Origin: a bacterium
GTDB taxonomy: Bacteria > Actinomycetota > Thermoleophilia > Solirubrobacterales > 70-9
DNA length: 30,925 bases
Assembly: GCA_002919115.1 (NCBI GenBank)
Contig: PKER01000009.1
Location: forward strand, 1-30,925
Direction: 5' to 3'
Shown: positions 1 through 8,478 of the stretch, piece after piece
How the letters are laid out: the number at the start of each line of letters is the position of its first letter
Numbering within the stretch: the stretch's first letter is position 1
Notes under the pieces: generated by a model
What the model was told of the DNA's origin: nothing
The model's database searches: none
Seen by the model: the letters and a program-made list of their open reading frames with translations, nothing else
Program-made: the position numbers and the translations under genes

Positions 1-87
1 CCCGAGCTCGCCGGCCGCCTGGCGCGGGTCGCCGGGGCCGTGCGGGTCGCCGACGCGGTCGCGTCCAACCAGACCGACAAGCGATAG
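1..87 (+). CDS. 3' end of an upstream CDS, product unknown (partial)
   Basis: Open frame from base 1 (PELAGRLARVAGAVRVADAVASNQTDKR*) with GC3-rich codons, ending in TAG at 85-87. Confidence 0.45.
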   Translation, partial: PELAGRLARVAGAVRVADAVASNQTDKR

Positions 88-119
88 CTCGGGGGCGCCC
101 CGCGGGTAGATTCGCCCGC

Positions 120-422
120 ATGAAGCTCTACGTCTGCTGGACGACCATGCAAACGCCCAGGCCGGGCGGCCACCCCTGCGCGAACGCCTACAACGCGCTG
201 CGCGAGGCCGGGCACGATCCGGAGGTCGTCAAGGTCCGCGGCCTCGGCGTCGGCCCGCGGTTCCTCCACGTGATGACCGACGGGCGCTGCGAGGTCGAGC
301 GGATCTCCGGCCAGCGCGCCGTGCCCGTGCTCGTCACCGACGACGGCGACGTGATCTCGGGTTCGAAGCGGATCGTCGAATGGGCGGAGCGGAACCCCGC
401 CGGCCGCGCGTCGCATAGTTAA
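120..422 (+). CDS. Glutathione S-transferase N-terminal / glutaredoxin-like small protein
   Basis: 100 aa with HPC near the N-terminus and 'SGQRAVPVLVTDDGDVISGSKRIVEW', which matches the cis-Pro VP and 'I.ES..I..W' pattern of the GST-N fold. TAGATT (107-112) lies 7 nt before the ATG. Confidence 0.75.
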   Translation: MKLYVCWTTMQTPRPGGHPCANAYNALREAGHDPEVVKVRGLGVGPRFLHVMTDGRCEVERISGQRAVPVLVTDDGDVISGSKRIVEWAERNPAGRASHS

Positions 423-451
423 GCCGTTTTCGGGGATTTGTGAGCACTCCT

Positions 452-480
452 TTGCAATCTCCTTAGCAATTCGCTAGCCT
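452..480 (+). promoter_or_regulatory. Housekeeping sigma70-type promoter for the riboswitch/NlpC transcript
   Basis: -35 TTGCAA (452-457), 17-nt spacer, -10 TAGCCT (475-480), immediately upstream of the riboswitch. Confidence 0.7.
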
Positions 481-494
481 CTGCGCGTCCTGAA

Positions 495-636
495 AACCGG
501 TAGCCGAACCCCCGCGCAGGGCGGGGGACGGGGGAACCGTCTCGTTTGGGGCTAACTCGCTTCGCCGGGAAGCGGGGGCGCGACTCCTTTGCGCGCCAGC
601 CCGTCAGCTAACCCCGTAGGCGCAACAACGAGGAGA
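495..636 (+). ncRNA. Cyclic di-AMP riboswitch (ydaO/yuaA class)
   Basis: Hallmark blocks in the expected order: GCCGAA (503-508), GGGGAACC (531-538), TTGGGGCTAAC (546-556), CCCGTCAGCTAACCCCGTAGGC (600-621). These are followed directly by the RBS GAGGAG of a peptidoglycan hydrolase gene, the typical actinobacterial context. Boundaries are approximate. Confidence 0.87.
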
Positions 637-643
637 CTGGTTA

Positions 644-1240
644 GTGATTTCCGAAAGCAACCGCAGGCGGCCGCGCAGAGCGTTTGCGCTCGCCCTGATC
701 ACCGGCGCGGCCGTCATGGCGATGAGCGGCGGGAACGCCATCGCGGCTAGCGGAGGAATCAGCGCGAACGGTGGCAGCGGCAACGGCGGCGGCAAGACCG
801 TCCCGGGCAACAAGGCCAAGCTCAAGAAGAACGGCAAGGCCATCCCCCCGGCGAACGCGCCGGCGCGCGTGAAGCGCGCGATCCGCGCCGCCAACAAGAT
901 CGACGACAAGCCCTACGTCTACGGCGGCGGGCACGGCCGCTGGAACGACCGCGGCTACGACTGCTCCGGCGCGGTCAGCTACGTGCTCGGCCCGCACGGC
1001 GCGAAGCTGCTCGACAGCCCCCTCCCCTCGGGCAGCTTCCGCAAGTGGGGCAAGAAGGGCAAGGGCAAGTGGATCACCGTCTACGCGGACAACGACCACG
1101 CGTTCGTGGTGATCGCGGGCCTGCGGTTCGACACCTCGCAGCCCGACGACGGTGAGTCCGGCCCCGGCTGGAGCACCAACATCAAGAAGGGCTTCGCCAA
1201 CGTCCCGCGCCGCAGCGCGCGGCACAAGGGCAAGTTCTAG
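644..1240 (+). CDS. Secreted NlpC/P60-like peptidoglycan endopeptidase
   Basis: N-terminal signal peptide, Gly/Ser/Asn linker, then 'PYVYGGGHG...GYDCSGAVSYVL' (catalytic Cys) and 'DHAF' (His). GTG start with GAGGAG RBS at 630-635. Confidence 0.85.
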   Translation: MISESNRRRPRRAFALALITGAAVMAMSGGNAIAASGGISANGGSGNGGGKTVPGNKAKLKKNGKAIPPANAPARVKRAIRAANKIDDKPYVYGGGHGRWNDRGYDCSGAVSYVLGPHGAKLLDSPLPSGSFRKWGKKGKGKWITVYADNDHAFVVIAGLRFDTSQPDDGESGPGWSTNIKKGFANVPRRSARHKGKF

Positions 1241-1267
1241 GCCGGAGCCCACACGGCAAGGCGTTTC

Positions 1268-1305
1268 GCGAAGGGCGCGCTCCGCAGGGGCGCGCCCTTC
1301 GCTTT
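1268..1305 (+). terminator. Intrinsic terminator-like hairpin after the NlpC/P60 gene
   Basis: Perfect 13-bp stem GCGAAGGGCGCGC (1268-1280) / GCGCGCCCTTCGC (1290-1302) followed by TTT. Confidence 0.72.
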
Positions 1306-1322
1306 GGCTAGCTTCCTTCGTC

Positions 1323-2042
1323 ATGCGCATCGCCCGCGACCAGGCGGACCAGGACTCCCTGCGGACCGGGTTCGAGGCGGGCATCCCGATCGCCGTCGCG
1401 ACGCTCCTGATCGCGGTCTCCTTCGGCGTCCTCGCCCGGCCGGTGATGGGCACGGTCGCGCCGATCGTGATGTCCGCGCTCGTCTTCGCGGGCTCGGCGC
1501 AGTTCGCCGCGCTCGCGGTGCTCGCGGCGGGCGGCGGCGCGTGGGCCGCGATCGCCGCCGGCACGCTGATGAACGCCCGCTTCGGCCCGATGGGCATCGC
1601 GCTCGCCCCCTCGCTCGAGGGCAGCCCCCTGCGCCGGGCGCTCGTCGGCCAGACGATGATCGACGCCGCCTGGGCGCTCGCCAACCGCGGCGGCGGGCGC
1701 TTCGACCCGAAGTTCATGATGGCCGCCACGCTGCCCAGCTACGTCGCCTGGGTGCTGGGCACGGCGGCGGGTGTGTTCGCCGGCGACCTGATCGGCGACC
1801 CGGACGCCCTCGGCCTCGACGCCGCCTTCCCCGCCTTCTTCCTCGCGCTGCTCTCCACAGAGGTGCGGCGCGGGCCGGTCGCGCTCGCGGCGGTGGCCGG
1901 GGCGGTGGCGATCGCCCTCGCCCTGACGCCGGTCGCGCCGCCCGGCGTGCCGATCATCGCGGCCTGCCTGGCCGCCCTCCTCGGCCTCACCCGGTGGGGC
2001 GCCCGCCAGGATCCCGGGGCGGGCGAGGGAGGCGACGCGTGA
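1323..2042 (+). CDS. azlC: AzlC family branched-chain amino acid exporter permease
   Basis: Hydrophobic 239-aa protein with 'MSALVFAGSAQFAAL', 'LMNARF' and 'LDAAFPAFF'. ATG 1323 is preferred over the ORF-finder start at 1152, which overlaps the previous gene. Confidence 0.88.
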   Translation: MRIARDQADQDSLRTGFEAGIPIAVATLLIAVSFGVLARPVMGTVAPIVMSALVFAGSAQFAALAVLAAGGGAWAAIAAGTLMNARFGPMGIALAPSLEGSPLRRALVGQTMIDAAWALANRGGGRFDPKFMMAATLPSYVAWVLGTAAGVFAGDLIGDPDALGLDAAFPAFFLALLSTEVRRGPVALAAVAGAVAIALALTPVAPPGVPIIAACLAALLGLTRWGARQDPGAGEGGDA

Positions 2043-2350
2043 GCGACGCCTGGGTCACCATCCTCGCGCTGATCGTGATCACCGCGGCCATCAAGGCATC
2101 CGGACCGGTCCTGATCGGGGGCCGCCCGCTCCCCGGCCCCGTCATGCGCACGATCGCGCTGATGGCGCCCGCGCTGCTCGCCGGGCTCGTCGTCGTGCAG
2201 ACGTTCACGAGCTCCGACGGCGAGATCGTGGTCGACGCCCGCGCCGCCGGCGTGGCTGCCGCGGGCGCGCTGCTCTGCGTGCGCCGCACCGCCCTGCTCG
2301 GCGCCGTCGTCGTCGGCGCCGCCGTCACCGCCCTCGTCCGCGCGCTGTGA
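2039..2350 (+). CDS. azlD: AzlD domain-containing membrane protein
   Basis: 103-aa hydrophobic ORF (VSDAWVTILAL...APALLAGLVV...). GTGA overlaps with the azlC stop and with the gluQ start. Confidence 0.83.
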   Translation: MSDAWVTILALIVITAAIKASGPVLIGGRPLPGPVMRTIALMAPALLAGLVVVQTFTSSDGEIVVDARAAGVAAAGALLCVRRTALLGAVVVGAAVTALVRAL

Positions 2351-3267
2351 ACGCCGACGGCCGCTTCGCCCCCTCGCCCACCGGCGAGCTCCACCTCGGG
2401 AACCTGCGCACCGCGCTGCTTGCCTGGCTGTTCGCGCGCTCGCAGGGCGCGCGCTTCCTCGTGCGCATCGAGGACCTTGACTCGGGCCGCGTGCGCGAGC
2501 GCTACGTGGCCGAGCAGCTCGACGACCTGCGCGCGATCGGGCTCGACTGGGACGGGGAGCCCGTGCGCCAGTCCGAGCGCAAGCGCCTCTACGCCGAGGC
2601 GCTTGAGCGACTCCAGCGCGAGGGGCTCGTCTATCCGTGCTTCTGCTCGCGGCGCGAGATCCGCGAAGCGGCCTCCGCCCAGCACGGCGAGGACGCGGAG
2701 CTCGTCTACCCGGGCACGTGCGCGCGCCTTGCGCCCGCCGAGGCGCGCAGGCGCACGGCAGCCGGCGAGCCGCACGCGCTGCGCCTGCGCGCCGAGGGCG
2801 CCGTGGTCACCGCCGTCGACCGGCTCCACGGCGAGGTCACCCGCGCAGTCGACGACATCGTCCTCGTGCGCCGCGACGGGGCCTTCGCCTACAACCTCGC
2901 GGTCGTCGTCGACGACGCCGAGCAGGGCATCGGCGAGATCGTGCGCGGCGACGACCTGCTCTCCTCGACCCCGCGGCAGGCGCTGCTCTGCGACCTGCTC
3001 GGCTACCCGCGCCCGTCCTGGGCGCACGTCCCGCTCGTGCTCGGCCCCGACGGCCAGCGGCTCGCCAAGCGCCACGGCGCGGTCACGCTGCGCGACCTGA
3101 CCGCGCTGGGGATGTCGCCGCGCCAGGTCACGGCCTGGCTCGCGCGTTCGCTGGGGCTCGCGGAACCGGGCGAGGAGCCCTCCCCCCGTGAGCTCCTCGC
3201 CCGGTTCGACCCGGCTCGCCTCCCGCGCGAGCCCTGGGTGCTCGAGCCCCCCGAGCCCCCCGCCTAG
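2347..3267 (+). CDS. gluQ: tRNA glutamyl-Q(34) synthetase GluQRS
   Basis: 'RFAPSPTGELHLGN' (HIGH-type motif), 'RIEDLD', Zn-site 'CFCSR...YPGTC', 'VRGDDL', 'RLAKRHG'. At 306 aa it lacks the anticodon-binding domain of GluRS. Confidence 0.9.
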   Translation: MNADGRFAPSPTGELHLGNLRTALLAWLFARSQGARFLVRIEDLDSGRVRERYVAEQLDDLRAIGLDWDGEPVRQSERKRLYAEALERLQREGLVYPCFCSRREIREAASAQHGEDAELVYPGTCARLAPAEARRRTAAGEPHALRLRAEGAVVTAVDRLHGEVTRAVDDIVLVRRDGAFAYNLAVVVDDAEQGIGEIVRGDDLLSSTPRQALLCDLLGYPRPSWAHVPLVLGPDGQRLAKRHGAVTLRDLTALGMSPRQVTAWLARSLGLAEPGEEPSPRELLARFDPARLPREPWVLEPPEPPA

Positions 3268-5513
3268 CTGGGCGGCAGGTCCTGGACCGCGCGGTAGCCC
3301 TCCTGGATCGCCGCGTGGGTGTAGGCCATCGCCTGCGAGTCGGCGTTGCCGATCGCGACGTTGCGGAACGGCTTGCAGCCCTTGCGGTGGGGCTGCTCCT
3401 CCCATGGGCCGCGCAACGAGGGATCGAACAGCGCGGACAGCTCGTGGGCGTAGCCGTAGGTCCAGCGGTTGATGTACCAGGAGTGCACGTCGCGCTGCGG
3501 GTCGAAGTCGCCCCCGTGCGCGTTGAGGCTGCGGTCGAGGATGCTGACCACCTCGTCCTCGAGGTCCTTGAAGGACTTCTCGAGCAGGATCCGCCGCCCC
3601 GTCTCGTACGCGTAGGTCTGCGGGAACGCGTACGGGTCGTTCGGGTATGCGGTGAACGAGATCGTCGCCGGGCGCTCCGGGTCGTCGGCGGGATGGGGCC
3701 CGTACACCGGGTCGCCGGGAGGCCCGAAGCCGCCGCCCGCGTTGAGCACCACGTTCGAGAACAGCGGGGTCTTGCCGCGGATGTCGACGCGCGAGATCTT
3801 CGCGTCCGCCCAGGCCTTCCAGTTCCGCAGGCCGGCCCGCCCGTAGATGATCGGGACCTTGCGGGCGTAGCAGAGGTTCTTGCGCTGCTCCTCCGGCAGG
3901 CCCTCGACCACGTGCGCGGTCACGCGGTTCCAGCAGGCCATGATCACGTGCTTGGCCTGGACCTTGCGCGCCCGCCCGTTGCGCTGCAGGTACTCGACGA
4001 TCGCGTGCTCGCGCCGCTTGTTCGCCGGCACCACCCGGTAGACGTGGCTGTTCAGCCGGATCCGCACCCGGCGGCCGGGCCGGTCGAGCTGCGAGTAGTC
4101 GCACTTCGCCTTGACGATCGTGAGCTGGTTCGGGCGCTCGCCGTCGACGTCCGGGAACGCCTGCGGGATCAGCCTGGAGACCAGCAGGCGGAGCAGCGAC
4201 GTGTTCCCGTCGGGCCAGGCCCGCGTCGGGATCGTGCTCGCCGAGGACTTCGCGTCCATCTGCGGCGTGCGCCCGATCCCCGAGAACACGAGGTCCTCGG
4301 TGTCCGCTGGCAGGTTGAGCGCCGCCGGGAAGCCCGGGCGGCCGAGCATCCAGCAGTCGGCCGCGCTCACCGCCTGCCCGCCGGTACCGAGCAGGCCGCC
4401 GCTGCCGCGCCAGTACTCCCCGTAGAACGCCTCCTCGGTCACGCCCACGTGGTGCGTGAGGTAGCGCTTGTAGGTGATCCGCGTCAGGTAGTCGATGCGA
4501 GCCTCGACGTTGCTCGGGTCGCTCACGCCCGCGGGCCCGTTCGCGAGCCAGTCCTCGTTTCTGACCTGGCAGTTGATGATCGACTGGCGCGATGCGTTCG
4601 AGTACGGGGTGCGCGCCAGGAACGCCGCCCAGCCGGCCTCGGTGTTCGGCTCGCTGAAGCCGCCCTGGTTGCGCGCCGGGATGCAGTAGTCCGTGCCCTC
4701 CCAGTCCTCGGCGGGGAAGAGCAGCATCTGCCGCAGCCCGAACGAGCCCGGGACCCCGGTGGCGCCGCCGTTGCCCCACTTGCTCGAGTCCTCGACGTCG
4801 ACGTCGAGCCACTCGAGCAGGTCCAGGGCCGGCTGCCCGTACTCGCCCGGGATGTCCATGAGGTTCCCGGTCGCCTCGTTCCAGGTGCCGATCGAGTCCA
4901 GGTTCACGGTGCCGCCGTTGCGCAGGAACACGCGCGTCGTGCCGTCGACGGCATCGGGGATGTGGATCTCGTTCCGCTTGCTGTGACCGCCGAAGTCGGG
5001 CAGCGCGTCGATCACGAGGATGCGCGACTGCGGGCCGAAGCGGTCCAGGTAGAACTTCGCCGAGGCGAGGCCCGAGGCGCCCGCGCCCACGATCACGCAG
5101 TCGAAGGTCTCGCCCGTGCTCTTGACGCTCCGCGGGCGCCGCCTGATCCCGGGGCCGCCCTCGATCGAGTGGATGTCGTCGGGGTCCGTGATCGGCCTCC
5201 CGTCGATCCGCATCGTGCGCTTGACGACCTTGTCGGGGATGCCAGACCGCTTGCTCTGGAACTTGGGCGGGTAGTACTTCTTGGGGAGCGGCTTCGGCGG
5301 GCGCACGCCCTTCGGCTTCTTCTTCTTGCCCGCCTTCGCCCTGAGCGCCGCCTCGGCGCCGGTTATCTCCGACGAGGTGGCCGCGATCGCGAGCCCGGCG
5401 GCGCTGATCGCCGCCCCGTCGAGGAAGTCACGGCGCCGGATGCCGTCCGGCCCGACCTCCCCCTCTTCCTCGTCGGCAATCGCCGGATCCTGCCATTCCT
5501 CGGTGTCGGCCAT
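3264..5513 (-). CDS. Spermidine dehydrogenase (SpdH)-like FAD oxidoreductase with twin-arginine signal
   Basis: 'RRRDFLDG' Tat-like motif, 'YYPP', FAD-binding 'DCVIVGAGASGL', 'DFGGHSKRNE', 'VIMACWN', 'INRWTYGY' and C-terminal 'VAIGNADS..AYTHAAI', all characteristic of the SpdH family. ATG at 5513 with AGGAGG RBS at 5524-5529. Confidence 0.82.
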   Translation of the reverse strand: MADTEEWQDPAIADEEEGEVGPDGIRRRDFLDGAAISAAGLAIAATSSEITGAEAALRAKAGKKKKPKGVRPPKPLPKKYYPPKFQSKRSGIPDKVVKRTMRIDGRPITDPDDIHSIEGGPGIRRRPRSVKSTGETFDCVIVGAGASGLASAKFYLDRFGPQSRILVIDALPDFGGHSKRNEIHIPDAVDGTTRVFLRNGGTVNLDSIGTWNEATGNLMDIPGEYGQPALDLLEWLDVDVEDSSKWGNGGATGVPGSFGLRQMLLFPAEDWEGTDYCIPARNQGGFSEPNTEAGWAAFLARTPYSNASRQSIINCQVRNEDWLANGPAGVSDPSNVEARIDYLTRITYKRYLTHHVGVTEEAFYGEYWRGSGGLLGTGGQAVSAADCWMLGRPGFPAALNLPADTEDLVFSGIGRTPQMDAKSSASTIPTRAWPDGNTSLLRLLVSRLIPQAFPDVDGERPNQLTIVKAKCDYSQLDRPGRRVRIRLNSHVYRVVPANKRREHAIVEYLQRNGRARKVQAKHVIMACWNRVTAHVVEGLPEEQRKNLCYARKVPIIYGRAGLRNWKAWADAKISRVDIRGKTPLFSNVVLNAGGGFGPPGDPVYGPHPADDPERPATISFTAYPNDPYAFPQTYAYETGRRILLEKSFKDLEDEVVSILDRSLNAHGGDFDPQRDVHSWYINRWTYGYAHELSALFDPSLRGPWEEQPHRKGCKPFRNVAIGNADSQAMAYTHAAIQEGYRAVQDLPPS

Positions 5514-5580
5514 GGGGATTCCCTCCTCCTGCGTGAACCTTCCGCCGCGCGCCGGGCAGACCCTTGCGCGCGCAACGGAG

Positions 5581-5609
5581 AACATGTACTGCGCTCGGGA
5601 CGCCGTCAA
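5581..5609 (-). promoter_or_regulatory. Putative promoter of the SpdH-like gene
   Basis: On the minus strand: -35 TTGACG (5609-5604), 17-nt spacer, -10 CATGTT (5586-5581). Confidence 0.5.
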
Positions 5610-5684
5610 TGGCCGAAGCGGCCATTTTCGACGGCCGCCATCCGCCAGAGTGTCGATTCGCCGGGCCCGGCTGCCGCGCGCACG

Positions 5685-5716
5685 AAAAAGGGGCCGGACT
5701 GCGTGGCCCGGCCCCT
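5685..5716 (-). terminator. Intrinsic terminator after the aminobutyraldehyde dehydrogenase gene
   Basis: Minus strand reads AGGGGCCGG-loop-CCGGCCCC followed by TTTTT (plus-strand AAAAA at 5685-5689). Confidence 0.7.
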
Positions 5717-5765
5717 CGGGACGACGGGGCGCCGCGGCCCCGCGTCCGACGCTTCGCTGCGCGCC

Positions 5766-7214
5766 CTACTCGATGTTGATCATCACGTGCTTGACCTCGG
5801 TGTAGTCCTCGACCGAGTACATCGACATGTCCTTGCCGTAGCCGGACTGCTTGTAGCCGCCGTGCGGCATCTCCGAGGCCATCGTGATGTGGTTGTTGAC
5901 CCACACGGCGCCGAACCGCAGCGCGTTGGTGACGCGCAGCGCGCGGCCGATGTCGCGGGTCCACACCGAGGCCGCCAGGCCGTAGCGGGTGCCGTTCGCC
6001 CACTCGATCGCCTTCTCCTCGTCGTCGAAGCGCTGGACGGTCATGACCGGACCGAAGATCTCGTTCTGGACCATCTCGTCGTTCTGCTCGAGGTTGGCGA
6101 CCACCGTGGGCTCGTAGTAGAACCCGGGCAGGTCGGGCGCCTTGCCGCCGGTGACGACCTCGGCGTGGTCGGGCTTGCGCTCGATGAACCCGGCCACCCG
6201 CTCGCGCTGGCGCTCGGAGATCACCGGGCCGAGGTTCGTCTGGGGATCGTTGAGGTCGCCCATCCTGTAGCTCTTGGCCTCCTCGGCCAGCCCCGACACC
6301 ACGTCGTCGTAGACCTTCGACGAGGCGAGGATGCGGCACGCCGCCGTGCAGTCCTGGCCGGCGTTGAAGAGCGCCGTCGCGGCGATGAACTCAAGCGTCT
6401 CGTCGAGGTCGACGTCGTCGAAGACGATCACCGGCGCCTTGCCGCCGAGCTCGAGGTGCACGCGCTTGAGCGTGTCGGCCGCCTCGCGCGCGATCCACTT
6501 GCCCGTCTCCGGCGAGCCGGTGAGCGAGACGAAGTCGATGTCCTTGTGGCGGACGAGCGCCGCGCCGGCCTTGTCGCCGTGGCCGCCGATCACGTTGAAC
6601 ACGCCGGGCGGGAAGATCTCCGCCGCGATCTCGGCGAGCTTGAAGGTCGACAGCGGCGTGTTCTCGGCGGGCTTGAGCACGGTCGTGCAGCCGGCCGCGA
6701 ACGCCGGGCCGATCTTCCAGATCGCCATCATGAGCGGGTAGTTCCACGGCGTGATCTGGGCGCACACGCCGACCGGCTCGCGGCGGATGTACGACGTGTG
6801 GTTCTCGACGTACTCGGCCGCGGCCTTGCCCTCGAGGTTGCGCGCCGCGCCGGCGAAGAAGCGCAGGTTGTCGGCGCACATCCCGAGCTCGTCTTCGATA
6901 AACGACTGGCGCGGCTTGCCCGCGTCGGCCGACTCGAGGTCGGCGAACTCGTCGCCGTGCTCCTCGATCGCGTCGGCGAGCTTCAGCAGCATCTCCGAGC
7001 GCTCGCGCGGCGTCGTCTTCTGCCACGTCTCGAACGCCTTCTTCGCGGCGGCTACCGCGCGGTCTACGTCCTCCTCGGTCGAGAGCGGCGCCTGCGCGAT
7101 CACCTCGCCCGTCGCCGGGTTGATGACGTCCTCGGTCGCGCCGCTCGAGGGTTCGACGAACTCGCCGTTGATGAAGTTCTGCAGCTTGGTCACTGGACCG
7201 GCGGTGGTGGTCAT
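5766..7214 (-). CDS. patD: Gamma-aminobutyraldehyde dehydrogenase (PatD/YdcW-like)
   Basis: ALDH motifs '[14 protein letters not shown]', 'LELGGKAP', catalytic '[11 protein letters not shown]' (the YdcW/PatD signature), 'EIFGPV', '[14 protein letters not shown]'. Confidence 0.85.
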   Translation of the reverse strand: MTTTAGPVTKLQNFINGEFVEPSSGATEDVINPATGEVIAQAPLSTEEDVDRAVAAAKKAFETWQKTTPRERSEMLLKLADAIEEHGDEFADLESADAGKPRQSFIEDELGMCADNLRFFAGAARNLEGKAAAEYVENHTSYIRREPVGVCAQITPWNYPLMMAIWKIGPAFAAGCTTVLKPAENTPLSTFKLAEIAAEIFPPGVFNVIGGHGDKAGAALVRHKDIDFVSLTGSPETGKWIAREAADTLKRVHLELGGKAPVIVFDDVDLDETLEFIAATALFNAGQDCTAACRILASSKVYDDVVSGLAEEAKSYRMGDLNDPQTNLGPVISERQRERVAGFIERKPDHAEVVTGGKAPDLPGFYYEPTVVANLEQNDEMVQNEIFGPVMTVQRFDDEEKAIEWANGTRYGLAASVWTRDIGRALRVTNALRFGAVWVNNHITMASEMPHGGYKQSGYGKDMSMYSVEDYTEVKHVMINIE

Positions 7215-7274
7215 CTTGTTCGCTCTCCTCGTGTTTGGGGTTTTGGTCTTGGTCGGGATGGGGCGTGGGCTCCC

Positions 7275-8456
7275 TCAGGCCTGGCCCGCGGCCGCCTGCG
7301 CGGCCGCAGCGTTGCCGTCGGCCGCCGCGGCCGGGTTCTCGAAGCCGAGCGCCTCCTCGGGCGACACGTAGTCGAAGCCCGTGTCCCGCGCGACGGCGGG
7401 GTGCGTGACCGAGCCGCTCGCGACGTTGATGCCGGGCCGCAGCCCGGGGTCGCGCCGCACGGCCTCGGCGACGCCGAGGTCGGCGAGCGCCAGCGCGTAC
7501 GGCAGGGTCGCGTTCGTGAGCGCGTACGTCGAGGTGATCGGCACCGCGCCCGGCATGTTGGTCACGCAGTAGTGGATGATCCCGTCGACCTCGTAGGTCG
7601 GGTCCGAGTGCGTCGTCGGCCGCGACGTCTCGAAGCAGCCGCCCTGGTCGATCGCGACGTCCACGAGCACCGCGCTCGGCTTGAGCAGCTTGAGCTGCTC
7701 GCGGGTGATGACCTTGGGCGCGGCCGCGCCGGGTACGAGCACCGCGCCGATCACCAGATCGACGGTCGGCAGCCGCTCCTCGATCGACAGGGTCGAGCTG
7801 TAGATGGTGGAGGCCCGGCCCGAGAACGCGATGTCCAGCTCGCGCAGGCGGTCGATGTTCTTGTCGTAGACGAAGACGTCCGCCTCCATGCCGATCGCGA
7901 TGAAGGCGGCGTTCATGCCCACGGCGCCGCCGCCGATGATCATCACGTTCGCCGGCGCGACGCCGGGGACCCCGCCGAGCAGGATGCCGCGGCCGCCGAG
8001 CGGCTTCTCCAGCATGAACGCGCCCGCCTGGGTGGCGATCCGGCCCGCGATCTCCGACATCGGCGCGAGCAGCGGCAGCCGCCCGTGGCGGTCCTCGACC
8101 GTCTCGTACGCGATGCAGGTCGCGCCACTCTCGCAGAGCGCCCTCGTGAGCTCGGGGGCGGGCGCCAGGTGCAGGTAGGTGAAGAGCACGTGCTCGGGGC
8201 GCAGCATCGCGACCTCCGGCATCTGCGGCTCCTTGACCTTGAGGATCATCTCGGCCTCGCCGAAGACGTCCTCGGCGGTGGGCACTATGCGCGCCCCCTG
8301 CGCCTCGTAGTCGGCGTCGCTGATCGCGCTGCCCTCGCCCGCGCCGGACTGGACGTACACCTCGTGGCCGTGCTCGACCAGCTCGCGGACGCCGACGGGG
8401 GTCAGCGCGACCCTGTACTCATCGGCCTTGATCTCGGTAGGGACTCCAACTTTCAA
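7275..8456 (-). CDS. ald: Alanine dehydrogenase
   Basis: 'MKVGVPTEIKADEYRVALTP', 'LFTYLHLA', 'IGGGAVG', 'VDVAIDQGGCFETS', 'HYCVTNMPGAVP'. TTG start with GAGGTG RBS. Confidence 0.95.
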   Translation of the reverse strand: MKVGVPTEIKADEYRVALTPVGVRELVEHGHEVYVQSGAGEGSAISDADYEAQGARIVPTAEDVFGEAEMILKVKEPQMPEVAMLRPEHVLFTYLHLAPAPELTRALCESGATCIAYETVEDRHGRLPLLAPMSEIAGRIATQAGAFMLEKPLGGRGILLGGVPGVAPANVMIIGGGAVGMNAAFIAIGMEADVFVYDKNIDRLRELDIAFSGRASTIYSSTLSIEERLPTVDLVIGAVLVPGAAAPKVITREQLKLLKPSAVLVDVAIDQGGCFETSRPTTHSDPTYEVDGIIHYCVTNMPGAVPITSTYALTNATLPYALALADLGVAEAVRRDPGLRPGINVASGSVTHPAVARDTGFDYVSPEEALGFENPAAAADGNAAAAQAAAGQA

Positions 8457-8478
8457 CGGTCACCTCGCTCCCTGAGCC

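Noticed and set aside
1152-1322. Extended N-termini given by the ORF track for azlC (1152), SpdH-like (5609), STAS (18245) and the M1 peptidase (29002)
   Set aside because: The extensions overlap neighbouring genes, terminators or promoters and lack family similarity. The downstream starts have an RBS, a -10 box or a signal peptide in support.
7275-7340. Ala-rich C-terminal tail on alanine dehydrogenase (PAAAADGNAAAAQAAAGQA)
   Set aside because: Low-complexity Ala-rich tails are common in high-GC genomes, and there is no evidence of function.
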